DNA of 63,763 nt, counting the filler, from Octopus bimaculoides (taxonomy: Eukaryota), in assembly GCF_001194135.2 (NCBI RefSeq). It is 7 parts of 4 records of this genome, joined end to end, with 100 filler letters (N's around TTAATTAATTAA, not from the genome) between each part and the next. Parts side by side here need not be neighbours in the genome. Positions count along the whole stretch, not along the records: positions 1 to 13,090 come from NC_068983.1; positions 13,191 to 27,640 come from NC_068983.1; 5 more parts are not named here. The stretch is one strand, 5' to 3'. Made by a program: the position numbers and the translations under genes. The notes beneath the pieces are model-generated. The model did not search any database and was not told the origin of the DNA. It saw only the letters and a program-made list of their open reading frames with translations. Shown piece by piece: positions 1 through 14,472 of the stretch (within the stretch, counting starts at the first letter, position 1; each line of letters starts with the position of its first letter).

Positions 1-6
<6 letters not shown>

Positions 7-47
<41 letters not shown>

Positions 48-220
48 TGTGTGTGTTTACATATATAAATGTGTACATATAGAGATAGATACATACATAC
101 ATACATACATACATACATACATACATACATACATAGATATGTATGTGTGTATATATGTATGTATGTGTATATGGATGGATGGATGCATGTATGTATGTAT
201 ATATGTATGTATGTAAGTGT
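7..220. repeat. Compound microsatellite (GT)n / (CATA)n / (TATG)n
   Basis: Directly visible di- and tetranucleotide runs; source of the spurious MCVCVC and YIHT ORFs. Confidence 0.95.
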
Positions 221-847
221 ATATATTCTGCTTGTGATTGCTAAAACTAAAACGTATAAAATTATATGAATGGCAAGTCGGCTGAGACACAAAAAATATT
301 ATAAGGTTCCTGAGCTGTTAGATAGTGCATAAGTACTAATTAGTTTAAATTAATTATATTTAGCACATGTTGTTAAGTCAGGAAATACTTTCATATGCAC
401 AATCACATTTACTGTACGAAAAAGCTAACATTTTATTACATATATCACTACACTTCTATTATTTATTTATTTTGGCATCAATATGCAAATAAAATAACCT
501 CTTTAAAAATGTTAGAAAAATCCCATAATCACATTTCGTGACAGTTAATTAGAAATTAATATCATTTGCGAGAATCTGATGACTTCCCAGTGGCATTATA
601 TTTGAAATACAATATTTTCTCTGAAAATATTATATCCTGTCTTTCACTTATTACTAGTGAAATGAGAATGCATAAATTCAACGGAAGCTAATAACTGTGA
701 TAACTGCCATCTTGCAGATTCTAACAAAATCATATATTACTATATAAGGTAGCGTTATTGATGCTACAAATTATTTCTGTCTTATATTAATACACTGCAA
801 TTCCATACAAACACAACAAAAGCATATACACACATACATTTGTGTAC

Positions 848-888
<41 letters not shown>

Positions 889-898
889 NNNNNNNNNN

Positions 899-937
<39 letters not shown>

Positions 938-1149
938 GGGAGTTGTTATATGTATATATATGTGTAAATCGTTACAGAAAGTACGTAACAACACGGTTGC
1001 TTAACGCCAGTGCATGTGTTTGCTTCATTAATATTTAAAAGGTACCATACTATTCACGTCAAAACTTTTAGATGGCTACTTAGATGGCTACTTATGCCAC
1101 TGGTTCCTAAAAATATATATCATAACAACGTATTATAGTTTACTTTGAA

Positions 1150-1500
1150 ATCTGATTAAGTGAGCTTGATTGTTATGGTAGAACATTGTGATGTAAAGTC
1201 TTTCGCTGCATTCAGAGTTCAAATCGTCAGCCATTTACATTTTCGAATACACATCCAAGTAATGCACTTCACTATTTCAACACAATTATTTGTCGTTGTA
1301 TCTACGATATATCCTGTTGCTGTTGTTTGGCGCAAGATCTGTCCTGGTCAAAGAAGCCTATCTTCAATGACATTCAAGCGATAATTATAGTTTCCACAAT
1401 TATCGCTTCGCAATTTTATGAATCGGTCATCAGAATTAGCAGAGTCTCTCTTTTGTAATGCAATATTAAGAGACATTATTGTTACTTCTAGTAGACTGAG
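1150..1500 (-). mobile_element. Decayed Penelope-like GIY-YIG endonuclease region (tentative)
   Basis: Minus-strand translation NCGNYNYRLNVIED...TTNNCVEIVKCIT...TLN resembles the Cys-rich region and GIY-YIG start of Penelope-like ORFs; contains stops; recognised by eye only. Confidence 0.35.
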
Positions 1501-2351
1501 AATTAACGTAGAGGACTCTACATTAGCTTCATAGTTATTTTCTATCGCTTAGTATGTAAAAAAATATATATATAAAAAGATTGATTTATTCGTGAACGCA
1601 TATATGTCTCAGTTTAGATTATTCAAGATATCAAGGTTCAATTTAAATATGATTGACACTTATTATTTTATAAGGTGGGGTGAGTTGAATTAAGAAGTTG
1701 AAACATGATAAAGTAGAGTAATGAGCTATAATTTCATTTTATGTAAAGGACTGATAGAAGAGAGAGCTTCGCTACACAAAGTAAATCAAACAATCTTAAA
1801 GACTAAATGAAAAATAAAATTTTGTCACAAAATTTGAGATCAAGCATCAATTAAAAAATAAATTACAAAAACGACCTGAGAAAAATATTTATGTAAAGGT
1901 GTTTAATGTTAACATAGCTGATTTATAGAGGGCTTTGATATTAGATTCGATGAGCAATGTTTATAGATAGATTGGAATAATATTTCATTCCAGACTTTTC
2001 TTGTACGCATAATTTTAGGATGCAGCTCACACTGCACATAAAAATATTTCAGAAATTGCAGGCGACGATGGCCATTAGTGATTTTAAAATATTTTCGCAT
2101 TTCCTGCTTTCACATTTTTTGGTAGCTGTTTTACTTTGTTCAATATAATTTGGATGGCGGGGAAGCTTGTTAAAAGGCTAGTTGAAACTTGTAGCTAGAC
2201 GCAAAAACAAAAATAAACTTTAAGTATCTGACACACTTGTCTTAGCGCGCTATTCTGAATTGTTCAATAATAATCGCTGTTTGAAATATAATCGAAAATA
2301 AAAATTGAAATATTTAGATGGACAAGATTGACTCTACTCCTAGTCAGTCAA

Positions 2352-2414
<63 letters not shown>

Positions 2415-2442
2415 CAGTAGTAGTAGTAGTAGTAGTAGTGGT
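2352..2442. repeat. (TAG)n microsatellite
   Basis: About 30 AGT/TAG units. Confidence 0.95.
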
Positions 2443-2642
2443 AAATGTAATGGCTTAAATGTTGGGACAAGGCCACAAATTTTAGAGGTGGGATGAGTCG
2501 ATTACATCGATCCCACTGCTCAAGTACCTGGGTCGATTCATTCGACTAAAATTATTTAAGGCGATACCCCAGTTTGGCTGCAGTCTAATGGCTGAAATAA
2601 TTATAAGATATATATAACATATATATATTTGCGCTTGTCTAC

Positions 2643-2684
<42 letters not shown>

Positions 2685-3264
2685 NNNNNNNNNNNNNNNN
2701 NNNNNNNNNNNNNNNNNNNNNNNNNTATATGTATACACGGGAAGTTAAAATGATTCCGATTATAGTTGCGATGTATAAATGAATGATATATAATGCAGCG
2801 TTAGATTGAAATCTATGAATCACAGATACCTTAAGAATGGGGAAGGTAATTGAATATTTGGAAAAGACATTAGGAAGTATTCGAATCTTTTCATTATCAA
2901 ATACATATAATCATCTTTAGAGTTTAAAATTTGAGCAAATAGCCAAATGAGATGTGATTTGTCAGCGATTGTTATATGAGCGAAGACCCACATTCTCAAA
3001 TTATGCCATAGCTATAGCTGAATCAAAATATTCATCAAGATATCAATGCATTTATCTCAGCAAGGGTTGATCCAGTCTTAGAACATACTAATATGCTAGA
3101 CGTAAATACTGCAATGTATTTTGCCCCACACTTTAATGACTTCAGAAACACAAAGAACCGTAAAACCTACAATAATTCGAAATTTCAAGAACCACAAATT
3201 AACAAGTAAACACAACTGTCTGCAATATGTTCATATGCGCTTTCTGCTATATGTTATCAAGTTT

Positions 3265-3490
3265 ATTATTTCCTTATTGCCGACAAGGGGCTAAAAACAG
3301 ATGGGACAAACAAAGGGATTACGTCAATTACGCCGACCCCAGTGCGTAACTAGTACTTAATTTATCGACCCTGAAAGGATAAAAGGCAAAGTCGACCTCG
3401 GTGGAATTTGAACTCAGAATGTAAAGACAGACGAAATACCGCTAAGCATTTCGCCCGGCGTGCTAAAGTTTCTGCCAGCTCACCGCCTTG
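3265..3490 (-). mobile_element. SINE family C (head GGCGGTGAGCTGGCAGAA)
   Basis: Reverse complement matches the copies at 30160-30380 and 31866-32065, including the core GTCGACTTTGCCTTTCATCCTTTCGGGGTCGATAAATTAAGTAC. Confidence 0.85.
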
Positions 3491-3825
3491 TTATCGAGCT
3501 TCTCTCAAACTCATAATGAATAACATTATTATGTTCAACATGCGTACTGAAAGCTAGTATAAAGTGTCCACTAACATTTATATTTACAAATAAATCTCGT
3601 TTCACATGTAAATCTTTTAATTCATACAATTACATGTACCTGGATTAAAACGAGCAGTTAAGATTAAGTATGCTAATACATATATTAGAAACGAAAAATG
3701 TACGTGTGCGTCTGTCTGTCTGCCTGTCTGTCTGCCTGTCTGTCTGTCTGTTTGTCTGTCTGTTTGTATGTATGTATGTATGTATGATCAGATGAGTGAA
3801 TTCCTTCACCTATACGCTTTACTCT

Positions 3826-4228
3826 TTACTCTTTTACTTGTTTCAGTCATTTGACTGTGGCCATGCTGGAGCACCGTCTTTAGTCGGGCAAATCGACCCC
3901 AGGACTTATGCTTTGTAAACCTAGTACTTATTCTATCGGTCTTTTTTGCCGAACAGCTAGTTTACGCGGACGTAAACACACCAGCATCGGTTGTCAAGCG
4001 ATGTTGGTGGGATAAACACAGACACAAACACACACACATACATATATATATATACATATATACGACGGGCTGCTTTCAGTTTCCGTCTATCAAATCCACT
4101 CACAAGGCTTTGGTCGGCCCGAGGCTATAGTAGAAGGCACTTGCCCAGCCGTCACGCAGTGGGACTGAATTCGGAACCATGTGGCTGGTAAGCAAGCTAC
4201 TTACTACACAGCCACTCCTACGCCTATA
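3826..4228 (-). mobile_element. SINE family A, near full length (tRNA-like head, central (TG)/(TA) tract, tail ...CAGTCAAATGACTGAAACAAGTAAAAGAG)
   Basis: Head GGCGTAGGAGTGGCTGTG..GTAAG with a B-box-like GGTTCCGAATTC; about ten related copies in the window. Confidence 0.9.
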
Positions 4229-5214
4229 CATATGTGTTGAATCGAGCAACGTTAAATACATTATTTTGCTCAAGAACACAAGACACAGCTGTTCTGAGAA
4301 TCGAAACCAAAAACTAGTGATATTACTTTCAGTATTCTAAACAGCAGGACATGCACGTGTATGCATGTACATGTACATATGAATATTGAGNNNNNNNNNN
4401 NNNNNNNNNNNNNNNNNNNNNNNNNNNNNNNNNNNNNNNNNNNNNNNNNNNNNNNNNNNNNNNNNNNNNNNNNNNNNNNNNNNNNNNNNNNNNNNNNNNN
4501 NNNNNNNNNNNNNNNNNNNNNNNNNNNNNNNNNNNNNNNNNNNNNNNNNNNNNNNNNNNNNNNNNNNNNNNNNNNNNNNNNNNNNNNNNNNNNNNNNNNN
4601 NNNNNNNNNNNNNNNNNNNNNNNNNNNNNNNNNNNNNNNNNNNNNNNNNNNNNNNNNNNNNNNNNNNNNNNNNNNNNNNNNNNNNNNNNNNNNNNNNNNN
4701 NNNNNNNNNNNNNNNNNNNNNNNNNNNNNNNNNNNNNNNNNNNNNNNNNNNNNNNNNNNNNNNNNNNNNNNNNNNNNNNNNNNNNNNNNNNNNNNNNNNN
4801 NNNNNNNNNNNNNNNNNNNNNNNNNNNNNNNNNNNNNNNNNNNNNNNNNNNNNNNNNNNNNNNNNNNNNNNNNNNNNNNNNNNNNNNNNNNNNNNNNNNN
4901 NNNNNNNNNNNNNNNNNNNNNNNNNNNNNNNNNNNNNNNNNNNNNNNNNNNNNNNNNNNNNNNNNNNNNNNNNNNNNNNNNNNNNNNNNNNNNNNNNNNN
5001 NNNNNNNNNNNNNNNNNNNNNNNNNNNNNNNNNNNNNNNNNNNNNNNNNNNNNTATATATATATATATATGAGCTGACATAAAGGGAGCAGCAGAATTTT
5101 GATTATTTCCACGTGGTGAGTTGTAATGAAAAAAATATATGAAATAAAAGAAGTAAAATCCACACAGTCTACATAGATTTTATATTTTTTTAAAATATAC
5201 TTTATAAGTCAAAG

Positions 5215-5467
5215 AGGGATTGTGTTTGTCGTCCGGTTTCGCTGTCGCTAACCATGACATTGACATTGTAATTTGCTCAAGAATGTTTTAGTCCATGTTG
5301 TGTGTGAAGAAGCGGTAACTAAGGGGTCGGCAAGAGAGAACGATAGAATAAGTACTAGGCTGACAAGGAAGAAGTCCTGGGGTCGATTTCTTCGGCTAAA
5401 GAAACCCTTGAAGTCAGTACTACAACATGGATGCAGTCAAATTACTGAAACAGGTAAAAGAATAAAA
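5215..5467 (+). mobile_element. SINE family A, degenerate 3' half
   Basis: CGATAGAATAAGTACTAGGC...GGGTCGATTT...CTGAAACAGGTAAAAG matches the family A 3' region. Confidence 0.7.
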
Positions 5468-6022
5468 TAATATGTATTTATAGATGGATGCATAGATGGA
5501 TAGTCTGATGGAAAGGATGGGTAGATGTATGCATCAATAGATGGATAGATGCGCGGATTGATGGATGGATTTCTTTCACAATTGCTAACAATGCGTTGTT
5601 GAGTGTTCAATTAACTGAATTAAGAATGAATATTTGGCTGAATGTTTTCAGCATTTCGCAGAGAGGTGACGATGTGGCCTAATTGTAAGTTTGAATCAGA
5701 TGCAGGTATGGAAATCAAAAGTATCGGGATTATCCATACGATGCTCATCTTTTGATTTATACGTTTAACAGGTCGTATAATACAGTATAAAGTAAAGAAA
5801 AATGACTGCCTTATACATATAGGTTTCCTCCTGCAAAGTCCTGTCGTCACTTTTTATCTCATCAACGTCAACTTCAAATTCGTCAATGTCAGTTTCCTTA
5901 TCATCAGTCTTGATTATGTTGTCAGCTCTCTGGATTACTTCATTGTCCTTTGAAATATCGTTACTGCAGCAAGGCAGATTTGATATATACACACACACAT
6001 ACACACACTCGCACACACACAC

Positions 6023-6061
<39 letters not shown>

Positions 6062-7779
6062 TTTTACAGGGCAGGATCATAAATGAATTGTATTTAGCAT
6101 TAAAACTGCATGTAGAACATTAGAAGCTGTGTATAATAAAAAAAAAATGTTGCCCCTTCCAGTGTCGTAAATATATATGCATTTATTATACATACCGAAT
6201 ATAGTATATACTCTATACAGATATAATACTATAGAGACAAAGACAATATCTGTTTAACCTTTATTTCATTATTTATGTATGCAACTGTTTTCGTCGCTTC
6301 GGGGCTGAATTTGATTCCCGAAAATGGTTGCTGAATTTATTTGTAATATGCTAAAAGAGTTAATAAATAGGAATATGGAATAAAAGTTTAAAACTGGTTT
6401 TGTTTACTTTTCTTCTTGTTGCGTATATATGCATATAGTATGAGTAGTTTTATATCTATTGTACTAGGTAAAGGTCAGTGTATATATATATATATATANN
6501 NNNNNNNNNNNNNNNNNNNNNNNNNNNNNNNNNNNNNNNNNNNNNNNNNNNNNNNNNNNNNNNNNNNNNNNNNNNNNNNNNNNNNNNNNNNNNNNNNNNN
6601 NNNNNNNNNNNNNNNNNNNNNNNNNNNNNNNNNNNNNNNNNNNNNNNNNNNNNNNNNNNNNNNNNNNNNNNNNNNNNNNNNNNNNNNNNNNNNNNNNNNN
6701 NNTACACATATATGTTTGTACGTATGCATATACATATATACATAACGGAATATGCGTTGCAACAAAATGTTATCCTTCAAAGCTTGTTTTCATCCACGTA
6801 GCATTTAATGTTTACATACTTTTATATTTGATGTAAGTAATCACTAATATGAATATCTCTTCCTAATTAAAAAATATATATATTCGCTACATCTTAATAT
6901 GGAGACACGTAACTTGATGATGACAATATTAAAGTTGACGATGAGGAAGTCGAAATAGACGACGGTGCAATCGAGTCTGATTATAAGGAATTTGAAGTGC
7001 AATGTTTCCGTGAACAATGCTTGCTCTTGTACCATGTCAGTTTATTCATGCTCCCGTCGTTATGTTAATGCTTATTCCTTTTTATGCAGTCCATTTACAT
7101 TTATATCTTATTTTCTTAGCATTCTAGTTTTCCACTAAAATATTCGTCAAATTCATCAAATTATTTCAGACAGTAACTAACATTGTATCTCTTTTAACTC
7201 ACCACAGTTTTCTTAAGTGTTAGCTTATTGCCATTCCTTACATTAAATCGCTTTAAAGAGACCTGTTTGCTTTAGACAAGAGAGAAACTGTATTTTTCCT
7301 ATACTCCATAATCTTTGTGTTTTCCGATCATTCTGATATATCAAATGTTCCAATATTTGACAGGAGCAAACGTGGATTCTTTTTTTCTGTTTGAGGCACA
7401 TAGCAGCAAGTTTAGTTGGTTCTGTTTTTGTCGTTTAGCAATAATGATGAAATAAGATGGTTGTTGAGGTGGGTGTGTTAGTGGTGGTGATGGAAGCGGT
7501 TGCTGTGATGTCAGTGAACAACGTCATCGTCACCATCGTGAAGTTGGTCTTATCTGATCCCGAAATAAAGCCGTTGTAACCGTTACCTTCTCATGTGTAT
7601 TTACATGTGATTGTATACAATTGAGTATGTGCTTCCATTTTTAAGACAATAACGTATGGATGAGATTTGATGGAAAGTTGTCTACAATATCTCAGCAGGC
7701 ACAGCAACTGAAAGGTAGTCCTTCACTAAAGATCCATTAGTGTATGAAACCATGCATGGTGTTTAACGTAGCGTCTACT

Positions 7780-8300
7780 TTTAAAACCAGCTGTGCGGAT
7801 TTAGCGAAACTATGCAATGTCTCCATAGAATTGCACAATTAAGTTTGTTTAATATTCAACGCTTTTTATGTTTCTTTGCCAACTAGCAAATATGTCGATC
7901 ACTCACTACATGTTTACCAATCAATTTCTAAATAATATGTTGGTCACGAACTATAGAATATTACACTGACCAAAAACGAGATGCTTATTGGTCGATTATA
8001 TTCGATGACACTATCATCTCTTTTTAACCAGTATCCTCACTCAATCTTCATTTATCTTTATAATTATTTGCGCAGTTAAATCGCATGTTAATCATATTGA
8101 CGGTTTTGCTTAGTTTTTCCAACATTAAAGTTCGAGACATTCAAACTTCATCAATTTATTTAATAGCAAATGATTCATAGATTTTTTTCACCGCATCTTG
8201 TAAGTCGTTGAGCTTTAATAAATTGGACTTAAATTTATTAGCTGGCATGTTTAAAGAGTTGACCTACAGACGTATTGGTTTTATTGTTGATAGTTGAAAG
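7780..8300 (+). mobile_element. Decayed Penelope-like reverse transcriptase remnant (tentative)
   Basis: Frameshifted pieces LPT(S)-NMSIT and YWSIIFDDTII resemble the RT GxPMGS and YxDD motifs. Confidence 0.3.
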
Positions 8301-9883
8301 CTAGATTATTAGAAGATTTACACAGAGCGACCAATATCTTAATGATCTATGATGTATAGATAATTCCATACACACGCGCAAATAAGCATACATGCATCTA
8401 CACTCATACATACACAAGTAGTTATAGCTTGGTGTGTACGCATGTTTATAAACAGACGCACACATTTGTGTGTGTATGTACGTACACATGTATGTAATAC
8501 GTATGTACAGACTAATGTACAAACCAGCCACGTGCTCCCACTCACATGTGTATACATGTGTGTGTGTGTTTGTGTGCGTGCCTGTGCGTATGTGTTAGTG
8601 TGTGTATATATAAATATATATATGTATATTCACACACACATATATACTNNNNNNNNNNNNNNNNNNNNNNNNNNNNNNNNNNNNNNNNNNNNNNNNNNNN
8701 NNNNNNNNNNNNNNNNNNNNNNNNNNNNNNNNNNNNNNNNNNNNNNNNGAATCTTGCAAAACGAATATATAAACTTATATATGTATACGTATATATGAAT
8801 ATATAAATTTCATAGATAGCTAAATATAGTGATACATATAGATTCCTACATAGAGAGAGTGTGAGAGAGGGATAGAAAGAGGTAAAAGTAAGGGGAGAGA
8901 TGTTAAGAGTGGAAGATTTATAATTCAATAAACGAGAAGCGGACCAGTATATACGCTCGTACGGCAAACTAAGTTAACGCACTGAAGAGCAGGAGAGAGA
9001 CAGGGATAGTGAGAGAATGAGAGACAGAAAGACAGGAAGATTGAAAGTTATGGACTACAGGAGAGTGTGGCTCTTTGATGGATATTAAAGACCGGACTGA
9101 TGGTGTTCGAGGTCGTGTGTTTCTGAAATAATATGAAAAAAATAGAAACTGTTAACACAATTGGTATTGATTTCAGTATGTTTGAGCAAAACCAATATCA
9201 TAACCTAATTCCATTAGGTAAAGATGTTTGATAATTTGAGATGCTTTGACTGTTTAGGAATAGAAATAAAGTATAAGAAGAAACCTATAAAGAGCATTGG
9301 ACAATCTTCTGCGGACCAACATATGTGTGTGTCTTTGTGTGTATACACACGTACAAAACACGCAGACACATACATAGGTATCAAAACGTATATCTCGTGT
9401 ACCACACTATGCATATTCCTGCACGTCCGTATTTATGCGCTCATGTTTACATGTGTGCTTGATTCATATGTCTGCCTAATTATGTGGATAGACTTTATGC
9501 ATGAATGGATTTTATGCGTATGCGTATATGAACGACTATACATTTGTCTTTGTTTCTATGTGTTTTACTTTATTCATTTTTGGTTTTACAAATATTTTGT
9601 CGCAGTTATTTAATTGGCAGTTTCGAATATTCGCAGTTGTTATTGACAGAAATAAACAAACTGATAAAGATGTTGGAGCATGTGTTGAGGATTACCTAAT
9701 ATGAAAAGTTATTAGACTGACTGCCATTTCTTTTTTTAAAATTCACTCCAAAGAATTTATGCTCTTTTAGATTAATTTTGCCGACTGCATAATACATCAC
9801 AGTATCAGCTAACGAAATCTATATACACAGATGCCGTATACTCTTGTGGGTCACGATGATTCAGTTAGATACACACACACACA

Positions 9884-9956
<73 letters not shown>

Positions 9957-10639
9957 TCACACAAACATACACACATGGATTGATAGATACAAACAGACAG
10001 ATGTACATGAATATATATAAATAAATATATGTATATATGTGTATACGTTTATATATGTAAGTATTTATGTATGAATTTATGTATATATGTATGTATACAC
10101 ACACGCGCGCACACACGACGCACGCACGCACACACGCACATACGCACACACACACACACACACACAAACACACAGACATACTTATATATATGAATATATA
10201 GCCATCCTTATACCTTTATTGATATGAAATATAAGCATTTTTTCATTAGATTTTACCCCACCTGACATTGTTTTATCATTTTTGGTCACAATTATTTCTT
10301 CCCTTTGAATTTTAACGGGTTCCGCTTTATAGGTATCTCTCTGATTTGTGGTGTTATCCGATCATTACCGACCTTTTGGCATTCCTCCAGTCTTCATTTA
10401 CTAGTCTGCAACAGGTTTTGACACTACTTTACCATTTCAATTTTTATGTGGTATTTCTACGTTTTTGACACTTCTCTCGTTTGCAAAATTTAGTGTAAGA
10501 TATTTCACCTTAGCAAAATGCGTTTCACATTCCTACGTTAATGTGAGATAAATCTACATCTAAGTAATACTTTCCAATTTGCTCTTGCCATACCATTTGC
10601 TTTACCAGTATCTTTTTCCTAGTACTCGCTTATTCTCTC

Positions 10640-11680
10640 ACCCTCTTATATGCATGCTTTCACACTACCCTTCAAACGATCATACACAAATTTTACCAAA
10701 AGTTTGGCGCTGCCTACGCAGAGACCTACGCAAGATGGAAAAGGTGTATCAGCAGGACAAGTATACAAATGATTGAAACGTTTCCAAGATGACAAACAAA
10801 ATGTCGGCACTGGCGCACGTTCTGTTAGACCCGCACCCGGCAAATCTGAAGAAAATTTAGGAGATGTACATATAGCTATTTAGAAAGACCGTCGAATCAC
10901 CACACGTAGTCGGAGGAGGTAAAAATTTGTTACGGTTCAATTCAATCCATTCCGTTGACCAAATGAAGATCGGGTTTCAGCTGAGCAGGTTTTCCTACAT
11001 CATGTTGAAGAAGACGAAAACTTTCTGAAAACTAGGGATTAATAGGGGGCCTATGGCTATGACCCTGAAACCAAATTTTAGTCTTAACAATGAAAGACCC
11101 CAACTTCCGTGAGTCGAAAGGAAGGTCAAATGAATTGAAGCAATGTGAAGATATTGTTGAGTTTTCTTCGCCTGCAGAGACATTATTCTCCATGATTATG
11201 CTCCATCTGGTCATACAGTAAACTACCGTGACGTGTTAGGGCATTGACGCAACGCTGATTCTCAGAAACAGAATTGCATGCGTCCGACGAGAAGTAACTC
11301 CACAATGACAACGCATGTGCCCATTTGGTGCATGTTGTGCAACAGTTTTTGACCAAGTATAACATTCCCCAGGTTCAAAACCCCCCACACTCCCCAGATC
11401 TAGACACTTGCGACTTTTCCCTTGATCCAAAAATTAAATCGCACTTAAAAGGAACTAGATTTCAAGATGTCGACGAAGTTCAAGAGAATGGTGACGAGGC
11501 AGCTGCTCGCTATCTATAAAAGGGATTTCTATGAATGCTCCCATTTATGGAAACGTCGCTGGATAAAGTGTATGGCTTCAGAAGGGGACTTCTTCGAGGA
11601 AGATTAAAAGCCAGAATGATGTGTTGTAGTTTTCTTTTTTTATTGTCAAACCCGGTATTTTTTTGTATCAAATCCCAATG
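10640..11680 (+). mobile_element. Tc1/mariner transposon remnant (mariner-type transposase pseudogene)
   Basis: Fragments KRFQDDKQNVGTGARSVRP, DRRITTR, YGYDPET, DNACAH, PPHSPDLDTCDF (YSPDLAPxDF motif), WKRRWIKCMASEGDFFEED*; many stops and frameshifts; probable right TIR near 11650-11680, left TIR not found. Confidence 0.9.
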
Positions 11681-12919
11681 TTTTGGATAAAGTCATGCTC
11701 TTTTGTAGCGTTTTATTCTATATTTAATACAATTTACTTTCATTTAGCGTGTTGATATCCTCCGAAAATAATACAAGCATTTCAGTTTTTATTATTCCTC
11801 TTACGTACAATATTTATGTATCCTTCATACATCGTATAACGGTGGAGATGAAGAAGCATTTATATGATGGGCATTTAGCATAAGGCTATTGAGTTTAGAC
11901 TGTTGTGTAAAACGACGACTCATATCTTGGATAGTCATACACTGTTAAAAACAATACACTGTACATAACACACGCGCGCGCTCACACTCAAATGCTTGCA
12001 CACACACACACACATACAACACATACAACGTTTGCATCATTAATCACGTCACTAACACAGCAGTGTGTCATCTGTATATGAAATATGCTCCTCAGTTCAA
12101 GTCAAATGGAATATAAGGTATGTTTTTTTAACTATTCGTATTAAGGGTATGGCCAAGAAAATATGGATGAAAAATTTATCGTTTCTGTATGTATCAACGG
12201 CAAAAGGAATTTGTACTCGAAGCTTAAAGAGAAGTGAATCTACAGTCTTCTTCGATTAATCATCTTTATGTCTTACAATTCACATGCCATCAAGAAACTT
12301 GTGTAGCTATACAGAAATCTTGTTCTCGGCTCATTGCGTCACGGAACAGCTTACAGACCATCTTCCACGTGATTGTGGACTGGAGAATTAAGTGAAAACA
12401 AAGAGTACAAAAAACAAAAACTGGGCGTTCCGGGCCACTGGCCCTTCTTCAGTTAATGGTAAAATCTAAAGAAGGCACGTAGCCTGAAATTCCTTGTTTT
12501 ATTTCTATTGTGGTCTTTGTTCTCTCTTAGTTGCTAGTCTGGATGTAAGACTGGTGAAACACCACGTGCTGGCAGATATACACCACAAGGTCAACCATAA
12601 CATTTTTGGAAAGCAAACTTATGGAGCAACACTTATTCATTAACAATTAATGCTGCAGTCATTTTGAGCAGAGCCCTCACTCTCTATTCCACTTTTATCA
12701 TAGTGTGTAATGAATATTTCTCAAAGAACTCATTGGTTTATTTGCATGCAATATATATGACTGTAGGAAATAATTTCTCTCTGATATATAATGATAGCTA
12801 CTGTTTGAATTATTCATATTCTCGATACGGAAACGCACATGCTTCGAGCAAATCCAATTATCAAGGTAATCACTAAACAGTAATTGCTTGAGTAATCGCA
12901 AAAAAACGAAGTCTATCCA

Positions 12920-12921
12920 TG

Positions 12922-12983
<62 letters not shown>

Positions 12984-13045
12984 ATTATCTATCTATCTAT
13001 CAATATATCTATCTATATATCTATCTATCTATCTATCTATCTATA

Positions 13046-13090
<45 letters not shown>
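12920..13090. repeat. (TCTA)n microsatellite
   Basis: Directly visible; runs into an assembly gap. Confidence 0.95.
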
Positions 13091-13190
13091 NNNNNNNNNN
13101 NNNNNNNNNNNNNNNNNNNNNNNNNNNNNNNNNNTTAATTAATTAANNNNNNNNNNNNNNNNNNNNNNNNNNNNNNNNNNNNNNNNNNNN

Positions 13191-13222
<32 letters not shown>

Positions 13223-14085
13223 ATATATGTATGTACAATTATATATGTGTGTGCGTGAATTTAGATGTGAATTGAGAATGTATGGATTCAGTTATCTCTG
13301 CGGAAATGTGTTTTGGTAAAACAGTAATCAACTGTTGAAAAACCTATTGTTCATGTCTTAACCATCGTTCAAAGAATGATGTTGCTAGGTGCAGAGGCCG
13401 GTCGCTGCAACAAACCACTTTCAAGATAATAAGAGCAATGATGACGTTTAAAAGATAATTCTTGTGCATCAGTAATTACTTTTAACAACCCTGTTCACTG
13501 TACATGCTGTTCACGGAAAATACCTGATTGCCTGCAATCCATTCCCATTATAGTGAACTTTGGGAAATTTATAACTGAAAATTAAACAGTAAAGAAATAA
13601 AAATTATAGTGTATTTCAAATAATTGTAGATAATTCTGTTGGTAATAATTCATTTAATTTCAAACTTGATCTACGGGAAGTTTATGCACTATTACGTTAT
13701 ATTTTCATAAATATTTAACCTTGCAGTTTTAGCAAGGAGAATGTAGACCCTCCTTCAACTCTCTCTTTCTCTTTATATACTTGCACACACGTGCGCGCAC
13801 ACCTATATAAGATATTAGCTGCTGTTATATATCAGTAGACGCTAAACTTGTCTAAGAATGAGATTGATAATGGATCGTTGCTACTGATGATGCATAAAGA
13901 TGCAGAAATCTAGAGTTAGCTGTTCCATCGCATTGCTGGACGCTTTCCGTCTGCTACTGATAGTCTTCTGTGCTTTTCAACAATATACATCTGTCCGAGA
14001 TACTTTTTCAAGACGATATCACAGTTTTGGGGATTTCTATGGTATAGCCATGTTAAATAATATATACAGAATGAGATATATATAC

Positions 14086-14146
<61 letters not shown>

Positions 14147-14338
14147 TATGCTATCTTCGAAACGTCTAGTTAGAATAGAGGCAGCTGACGAAGGATTAAT
14201 TCCAAGTGGCTATCTGTTTTCCGATGTGTTCGTTCCGTTGTCTGTAGTCCATTTTTCTACGTCCTGATATGTATCTATATACACATGTAGATGTAAGTAT
14301 GTACATATATGTGGGTATACATGCATACATATTCTTTG

Positions 14339-14472
<134 letters not shown>

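Noticed and set aside
4270-5163. Long ORFs of 200-330 aa made mostly of X (also 18422, 40221, 49786, 59882 and others)
   Set aside because: They are open only because N runs contain no stop codons.
7440-7560. AATGATGAAAA (NDEN) as part of the preceding Runx exon
   Set aside because: The flanking translation does not match AGNDENYxAELRN; the region is a low-complexity GTT/GAT tract.
13135-13146. TTAATTAATTAA islands inside N runs (also 27685, 31142, 33834, 59480, 62073)
   Set aside because: An identical 12-mer centred in equal-sized gaps is an assembly spacer, not biology.
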